Source: Flectonema sp. DT1601 (lineage: Eukaryota). Taken from it: a DNA stretch of 64,000 nt. Below the pieces are notes generated by a model. That model saw only the letters and a list, made by a program, of their open reading frames with translations. It searched no databases and had not been told where the DNA came from. The stretch lies in assembly GCA_964019425.1 (NCBI GenBank), contig OZ025794.1:744001-808000 (forward strand). The letters run 5' to 3'. The first letter of the stretch is position 1, and every line of letters begins with the position of its first letter. Shown here piece by piece: positions 57,653 to 64,000 of the stretch. Both the position numbers and the translations under genes were made by a program.

Positions 57653-59881
57653 TCAGCGGTGCAGCATCCTGCTGGAATATCCTTCTCTTACAGATCGAAT
57701 CTGACTTCTAGATTGCGATATTGAAGTTCGTAAGATATCTGACGTTCTGGTCATTTCAGATTCAGCATCCTTATGTGATCGTTGAGTATCGTAGACAGCA
57801 TCATCAAGAGCAGTCAGTTGAGATTGTATTTTTTGAAATTTCAATTGCAATTGATCACCGTTAGACAACAAAGAGATACCCGGAGTAGTCCTTTCTTCAG
57901 AACCAAATGAAGGAACAGGACCTTCAGATGTTTCTATCAGACTATTGACTGAGGTCTTATATGCTTCAAGTTTTCTTTTATAATCAAGTTGTGTATCTTC
58001 CAGATTTCTCATTGCTTTCATTCTGTTCATTATTTGTGTTGTCACGGAATCAATTCCTTCATTTTTAAATTTTTCTTCGAGTGAGGACATCTTTTGTCGA
58101 AGGTCGTCAATTATGTTATTTAGTTTTACAATTTCTGTTTTTTTATTTTGGAGAGATTCCGCCAACTGAGATATCTGTTTTGTGGATTCCGAAAGCTTCG
58201 AATTCTTACTCTGCTCGTAGACAAACAGTTTTTCTAACTTGTTATATTTTAACGATGCCTCAGTCAACCTATTCTCTTTCGTAACTTGAGATTCAGAAGC
58301 ATTCTTCAAAGTTAACTTTTGAGCATCAACGTACTTCTCTAAAGCAGATATCTTTTCTTTAAGATTTGACTTCTCCCCTTCCCATATAACAGAGAGCTGA
58401 GATTGAATTTCTTTTTGAGATTTAACTTCTTCAGTGAGGTATCGTAATTTATTGTTATCAGATGGAGACGATATAACTGTCGATAGTCTCTGCAGCTCAG
58501 CTTCATATTCGTTATTAGATCTGGTTATTCCCACAATGGTTCTTGATAAAGAAACTACTACAATGTTTCTCATCAAATCACTTCTTTGATCAGATTCAGT
58601 GGATTCAATTGTTCTTCGTTTCTCATTTTCCGACTGAAAAATTCGCATTGAATTAAAAAAAATCATTGACAGGGAATTGAACTGGTCGAAATAACTAGTT
58701 CTAATATTTTGACGGTTGTCAGATTCGAGGAGGAGAAGAGAGTCGTCTTGTAGTTGTACGTCTTTCTTTTGGAGGGTTTCAGTTATGTTTCTGATGGTCA
58801 TCGTTAGTTCGAGGTCGCTTTGTTCAAGTTTTTCGACTACGCGGTAGGCGTAGCAAAGACTGTTTTCAAAAATGTCATTATACTCAACCAATGAACTTTG
58901 AACCAGTAGAAGTCTTGCCTGAGCTTCTCGAGTCTCTAATGAGATAATAATATTCTGATCTGATAAAGCGTGAATCTTAAGCTCCATCGCAACCTGCTCT
59001 GATGCTTGTTGCAATGTTTGTCTTCTACACCATTGCATATCTTCTTTTTCACGTTCTAATATTTCTTCCTGATTGCGAAGTGCTTCCTTTGCATCAGATA
59101 ATTCTTCTCTTGCCATATCGATGGCAACTTTGTTCGCATGTTTTGTATCGTCTCTTGCTATACGACCTACTTCACTGGATAGGCCAGCTACTTCTTTTTG
59201 TAATGCAGTTATTTGATCAGATTGAGATTGAATTATTACATCCTTTGAATGAGTTTCATTTAAGAGAGATTCACCCATCGCCACACACTCAAGTATTTCT
59301 TCTTCTCTGGTTGCAACTAACTGTTTGAGATCTTCAAGCTGTCTCAACTGGTCTAAGATACTATTTGATCTGCTCCTTGAAGAGACATCATTTCCAATTG
59401 CACGTAAGTTTCCGCTGGAGACATTCTTTAGATCTTCTCGTACTTGTGATCCCAGTGAGTGTAGAGCTTCCTTCAATTCTCGAGTGTTTTTTGCCTTTGC
59501 GATGTTATTTGTACGAGGTCGATGACTTCCTCTAAGATTAGGAGCGCTGACAGCTCTATTGAGTCCAGTCAACTCGAGAGAACCTCTACTACTGGGAGCT
59601 AATAGTGTTATTTCTCCTTCAACAGGTGAAGTATAAAAAACTGAATGAGATGTTTGCAATTTCGCCAACGGTGATACCGGAGAGTTCGGAGCCCGACCAC
59701 CTTCTGCTCCGAATTCCGATACTACTTCAGGTAAACTCAAATACGATGGTCTTTGAAATCCTTTAGCACGCAACTCTTTTGATGTTACACTCTCAGCAAG
59801 GATGTCCGTCTCTGACGACGACGACCCACGTCGCACATTATAATCCGACAGTTTAGTGAACAAGAGGGCACCCTCCCTCAC
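57653..59881 (-). CDS. long coiled-coil protein (true start uncertain)
   Basis: More than 740 open codons with E/K/Q/L-rich heptad character; frame open from the AG at 59882 but first in-frame ATG only at 59278. Confidence 0.8.
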   Translation of the reverse strand: MREGALLFTKLSDYNVRRGSSSSETDILAESVTSKELRAKGFQRPSYLSLPEVVSEFGAEGGRAPNSPVSPLAKLQTSHSVFYTSPVEGEITLLAPSSRGSLELTGLNRAVSAPNLRGSHRPRTNNIAKAKNTRELKEALHSLGSQVREDLKNVSSGNLRAIGNDVSSRSRSNSILDQLRQLEDLKQLVATREEEILECVAMGESLLNETHSKDVIIQSQSDQITALQKEVAGLSSEVGRIARDDTKHANKVAIDMAREELSDAKEALRNQEEILEREKEDMQWCRRQTLQQASEQVAMELKIHALSDQNIIISLETREAQARLLLVQSSLVEYNDIFENSLCYAYRVVEKLEQSDLELTMTIRNITETLQKKDVQLQDDSLLLLESDNRQNIRTSYFDQFNSLSMIFFNSMRIFQSENEKRRTIESTESDQRSDLMRNIVVVSLSRTIVGITRSNNEYEAELQRLSTVISSPSDNNKLRYLTEEVKSQKEIQSQLSVIWEGEKSNLKEKISALEKYVDAQKLTLKNASESQVTKENRLTEASLKYNKLEKLFVYEQSKNSKLSESTKQISQLAESLQNKKTEIVKLNNIIDDLRQKMSSLEEKFKNEGIDSVTTQIMNRMKAMRNLEDTQLDYKRKLEAYKTSVNSLIETSEGPVPSFGSEERTTPGISLLSNGDQLQLKFQKIQSQLTALDDAVYDTQRSHKDAESEMTRTSDILRTSISQSRSQIRSVREGYSSRMLHR

Positions 59882-60045
59882 CTGGATAATAAAAACAAGA
59901 ATAAGTTTGAAGAGAAAAACCACAACAATCCTTTTAGCTTTTGCTACAACAACTACTTCACAAATATATTATTATTCAAATAAACTTGTCGAAGTACATG
60001 TGGCATAGGATAATACGTAACCACGATAATTAAATGAGGTATTCT

Positions 60046-61596
60046 CTACGCAATACAAGGTGTGTAGGTAATCGGTGTTAAAAAGAAACGAATAAAACGA
60101 AATCTTTTAAAACGAAAAATCAAGAACGCTAAGAAAAACAATAGAAGTAAATTACGATAATTCATTCTTCGACCGGGAATCAGTTTTACTGGAATTTGAG
60201 GTCTCTTTGGAGATGGTTGCTCGGGAGGTGCATTTCTCTGTTTTGATCGTTTGATATGAATGTCTTCCAATTCGTGCTGTCGTATCTCACCTTCAGTCAT
60301 AAAAACAATTTCACAAACTATACATTTCCAACTTCGCTGTTGCACAGACATATCAGTTTTTTTTTTAGGAAATGGAACACCAAGATCATTAAAAAAGTAC
60401 GGACGGCTATCAACCTTTCGAGGATCAATTTTATTTAATAGCACGTCACTCATGAATTTTAATATCGTTACAGGAGAGAAGAACCTCTGAGGAGAACGGT
60501 AAAACACACTCTCCAAAGGGTTAATGATGATGAGGAGAGGCTTTGAATCAGGAATTCCACATCGTTTACCACCAGAGGCTCCAAGTCTACTTCTAATAGA
60601 AGAGGAGATGGCAATGTTATCTGTGATGAAGAACTTAAATAATTCATAGTCATGGTTTTGATGAAATATTTTAGCGACTTCAATCATGCAATTCTCCGAT
60701 GTAGTAGCGTGAGATTCTTTACAGTCTTCTAAAAACAAAATAACATGAAGAAGTTTTTTATCTTTTTTATTCTTCTTCGACTGTGTCAAACACTTTGAAT
60801 ATCTTTGATATAATAATGAAAGGATTTGATTGTTATTTTTTATTGGAATACTCATCACTCCTGGTACTGGGATGTCCATTCTTCCTGATTGCAAATTAAA
60901 CATTACATAACCCTGAGACTGAAATAGTGATCTTAAATCACCCGGTGTTTCCTTATTGTACTCAACAATTATTATCGTTCGTTTTGTTTTAGCAATATTG
61001 TCAGTAGGGTTTATAGTTGAGGTGATTAATTCAAACAAATTGTGTTCCTTGTTGACAACTGCAATGTTAGTATCTTCCGTTTGACGTGTCGGTATCGTGT
61101 TAGATATTGATATAATGTCATTTGGATATGTCTTTTTGACGTAATCGAGCATGATCGTTTTTTCTGAGGATAGTAACCCGCTGCATAGGATGGCAATGCC
61201 GTCTTGTTTTCTGTATTTTGTTGGAAGAATTTTATTATTGAGTGGGCTTTGATCACCACATTCTCGACATCTAGATTTTTTACACATCCCACAAAAGTAG
61301 CAAATCGATTTTTTTATTTTCTCATTACAAAGTGAGCAACAGCTGTTAGATGAGAAAACAGGTTTCATATTTTGATCACAATTGGAACAAGTTCTGTTTA
61401 TCTGGTTTTTATCATCAATTCGACCCCTCCATCTAGTCCACCTGTCGCCATATTTTTTAGATTTTATTTTTGATCGGATGCTATCCCACCATAGCTGTCG
61501 TTGTTCTAACAGCTGTGATTCTAATTGAGATATTTTATTCTCAGCCTCGGCATGATCATCATCATTGTGGATGAATAGTTTTAGTAACTTATGCAT
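60046..61596 (-). CDS. hypothetical protein, 516 aa, with Cys-rich domain, C2H2-like finger and C-terminal hydrophobic segment
   Basis: CSNC...CSLC...CYFCGMCKKSRCREC; WKCIVCEIVF...RQHELEDIH; LLLLFFLAFLIF followed by basic residues. Confidence 0.8.
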   Translation of the reverse strand: MHKLLKLFIHNDDDHAEAENKISQLESQLLEQRQLWWDSIRSKIKSKKYGDRWTRWRGRIDDKNQINRTCSNCDQNMKPVFSSNSCCSLCNEKIKKSICYFCGMCKKSRCRECGDQSPLNNKILPTKYRKQDGIAILCSGLLSSEKTIMLDYVKKTYPNDIISISNTIPTRQTEDTNIAVVNKEHNLFELITSTINPTDNIAKTKRTIIIVEYNKETPGDLRSLFQSQGYVMFNLQSGRMDIPVPGVMSIPIKNNNQILSLLYQRYSKCLTQSKKNKKDKKLLHVILFLEDCKESHATTSENCMIEVAKIFHQNHDYELFKFFITDNIAISSSIRSRLGASGGKRCGIPDSKPLLIIINPLESVFYRSPQRFFSPVTILKFMSDVLLNKIDPRKVDSRPYFFNDLGVPFPKKKTDMSVQQRSWKCIVCEIVFMTEGEIRQHELEDIHIKRSKQRNAPPEQPSPKRPQIPVKLIPGRRMNYRNLLLLFFLAFLIFRFKRFRFIRFFLTPITYTPCIA

Positions 61597-61765
61597 TTAT
61601 TACATTATTTTGTACAGTAATTTTGGTCTGGGAAAGAAAAAGAGAATAAAAATGACAAAATATACATATTTGAAAAAGCATTCATTATAGTTAAAAGGTT
61701 AAGTCATATAATTCGCGTAAGTGAATAACAAACGTGCGATAATTGACTTGTGTAACTGAAATTTT

Positions 61766-63382
61766 TCATCTTTGTGAAATCTTTAACATTATTATTGAGA
61801 ATTGGTGGAAGGTAATCCTAACAGATCGATCTGTCTTCAGAATGCCGTCGATCTGTTTTGAAATTTTTTCTCTCGAAGTAGGAACTCCGAACTCTTCCTG
61901 AGAAGCAACAATATTAATCATCATCTCCTTTGAGATCCATTCAACGTTATCGATGTCGTACTTTTGAAATAATCCTTTGAGTTGTTTTGATGATACAGGA
62001 ACATTAGAAATATCACCCAAAATATGACTCAACTCCTGTGTTTCTCCAGAGAGGTCAGGCGTAGCCCTTCCATTTGCAATTGCTGCGAGGTCTGATTCTA
62101 ATTGAGGTGCGGTTGTGCTTTCGTATCGTAAATCAGAAACCATTGTTGCAGCAGTTGGTTGTGTTGCTCCAGGTACTAAAGGGTTTTGCAACATCCCTAC
62201 AAAAGCATCCAAAGCTTTTCTCCAAGCGCTCAAAATAGTATCAACACGGTTATCAGTATCTTTTAATAAACTGTGATGAATAGCACTCAGTAAAGCCTGT
62301 CCTATAACAGGATACAGTGATTCACTAACACCGTAGTGGAGGTGACGTTGACCGAGGACTTGGAGGTAGTCAACGGCAGGTTTGAAACCCCGATTCTCAA
62401 GTAAATCAATAACAAGGCCAACACCATCAAGGAGCTTCACTCCCATTTCTGTTGGAGATATTTTTTTTATATTCAAAATATCAGAAATTTCCGGAGACAA
62501 GTCAAGAGCTCCCCTCACAATTGCAGCTGCAGCAGACTCCCTATTGGTAACGCGAGAGAGGGACAATCTTATTAACGATAATTCATCATCACTCGGTACC
62601 AAACTAGTTTGATGCTTTACATGCAACTCTCTCATTTGACTCCCCGCAGCCATCGTGATGCTTATTAATGCATGAAGTTTGACCCAGGCTTTTTTAATTT
62701 GATTATCTCTAATTTTTGATTCAGTCATTAAATGTCTTCTTATTAATGATAAGATACCATTACATATGATGTGGTAGTCCCTTTCAACAATTCCAAAACT
62801 AATGTGACTTCTGGCTACTCCACGAACGTATCCTTCTACAACAGACATCTCACGGAGATGGTCGGTAAAAAGACGTAGAAGCGGAAGAAATTGCTGTGTA
62901 GGATCATTGCGTACTCCAGTAGATATTTTTTCATCGAATTTTTGAAGTCGTTCTGCCACGTCTGGTGATCGGACTTCGATCTCCGAATAGAACATTTTAG
63001 AAATAGAAACTTCACACAAAATTGATTCAAAGCTAACCTGAACTCTCTCAATGTCCTCATCACTCATTAAAACTATATTACCTCCCAGTGACGGATGGGT
63101 TTCCCTTTCTGCTTTTAAATCAGCAATATCATCCTGGAGCCTGAGCACAAGTTGCCTCTGACTAACTGGATCTAATAAGTTAGCCAAGAACTGTAAAGGA
63201 TTACTTGGCTTTTGTGTTAGGCATTTCTCCCATGCTTCGCCTATTATTTTTGTTAAATCGTGTCTCTCGATATATTGTTGATCGTGTGATTCAACAAGCC
63301 TCGTGTGATTTCTTTTAAATGCCGAGTCCCGAACTCCACGAAAATATCTCGGATTGGGCGCCATCACTTTTATTGATTCCAT
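61766..63382 (-). CDS. multidomain globin protein: Dpy-30/RIIa-like docking motif, two globin-like domains, EF-hand-like C-terminus, 538 aa
   Basis: YIERHDLTKIIGEAWEKCLTQKPSNPLQFLANLL; globin 1 VARSHISFGI...AWVKL; globin 2 LGQRHLHYGV..SLYPVIGQALL...AWRKAL; LFQKYDIDNVEWISKE. Confidence 0.8.
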   Translation of the reverse strand: MESIKVMAPNPRYFRGVRDSAFKRNHTRLVESHDQQYIERHDLTKIIGEAWEKCLTQKPSNPLQFLANLLDPVSQRQLVLRLQDDIADLKAERETHPSLGGNIVLMSDEDIERVQVSFESILCEVSISKMFYSEIEVRSPDVAERLQKFDEKISTGVRNDPTQQFLPLLRLFTDHLREMSVVEGYVRGVARSHISFGIVERDYHIICNGILSLIRRHLMTESKIRDNQIKKAWVKLHALISITMAAGSQMRELHVKHQTSLVPSDDELSLIRLSLSRVTNRESAAAAIVRGALDLSPEISDILNIKKISPTEMGVKLLDGVGLVIDLLENRGFKPAVDYLQVLGQRHLHYGVSESLYPVIGQALLSAIHHSLLKDTDNRVDTILSAWRKALDAFVGMLQNPLVPGATQPTAATMVSDLRYESTTAPQLESDLAAIANGRATPDLSGETQELSHILGDISNVPVSSKQLKGLFQKYDIDNVEWISKEMMINIVASQEEFGVPTSREKISKQIDGILKTDRSVRITFHQFSIIMLKISQR

Positions 63383-63539
63383 TTTTTGTTTATTTTAATT
63401 TATATTTTTTACTTTTAGAGATAATTTTAAAAGGGAACTATAAAAAAAAGAAAATATTTATTCACAATATAATAGAATTCACAGCTGCTGTAAGTGCGTG
63501 TAAAACAGATTGTGAAATCTAATAAAAAACCAGAATACG

Positions 63540-63574
<35 letters not shown>

Positions 63575-63590
63575 AAACTAATAAACCATA

Positions 63591-64000
63591 TCAAGTAGAA
63601 CAGGAGTCAGTGTAGTCAGAGCTGTTGTTGCTGTCATCGTTGTTGTTGTGGTATTCATCTGCTTTAAGTACAGTGTGATTATTAAGAAGCTGCATCAGGT
63701 TGTCATTCTCATCACCGTCTACTGGATTAGCATCAGGGCTGTTAATTGCCAGTAGTCTTTCAGATTCATCATCAGGGGGTTTGGTTAAGTTTTCATAGCA
63801 AGTTCGCAACGCAACTGCTTGTCTCAAAGCCCAACGTTGGCTGTTTATGGGAACGCCTTTACTACAATTAGGAACTAATGACGTATTTAATAAAGGTACA
63901 AAGTAACCACTAACACATAAATCAATAAGTTCATGAAGAAGAGAAGATTGACTAGCAAACTCAGATGCTACATATTGCTCAAGCTTCTTAAGTCTTTGCA
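63591..64000 (-). CDS. 3' end of a gene entering from beyond the window
   Basis: Frame of ORF 63591..63827 stays open to the window edge (QRLKKLEQYVASEF...SQRWALRQAVALR...). Confidence 0.75.
   Translation of the reverse strand, partial: QRLKKLEQYVASEFASQSSLLHELIDLCVSGYFVPLLNTSLVPNCSKGVPINSQRWALRQAVALRTCYENLTKPPDDESERLLAINSPDANPVDGDENDNLMQLLNNHTVLKADEYHNNNDDSNNSSDYTDSCST

Overview
AT-rich eukaryotic (protist) genomic DNA, standard genetic code. All ~25 credible protein genes lie on the minus strand across 64 kb. This directional gene cluster, with short GT-AG introns and U-rich AG sites just upstream of start codons, suggests a euglenozoan, probably a diplonemid (inference). Recognisable products: NEK-type kinase with C-terminal PB1, large TPR protein, WDR89-like WD40 protein, a near-identical tandem pair of GH31 glycosidases, a spliced putative mitoribosomal protein, CutC, RCC1-like repeat protein, UBL+LRR protein, two NIPA-type Mg2+ transporters, a J-domain-less DnaJ C-terminal protein with CAAX, a FYVE-C2-membrane protein, BCS1 with a SAM-like tail, and a Dpy-30/RIIa + double-globin + EF-hand protein. 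I reconstructed ten 60-82 nt introns by hand. Most notable observations: (1) a ~125-nt foldable element present twice, 35 kb apart (18909-19032, 53912-54038), with a compensatory base change; (2) cis-intron acceptors are A-rich with no polypyrimidine tract, while gene-start acceptors are U-rich; (3) a 16-nt hairpin repeated three times in one long downstream spacer; (4) the GH31 copies differ in protein sequence only in active-site loops. No tRNA, rRNA, CRISPR array or autonomous mobile element was recognised. All domain calls come from reading motifs by eye; no database search was run.
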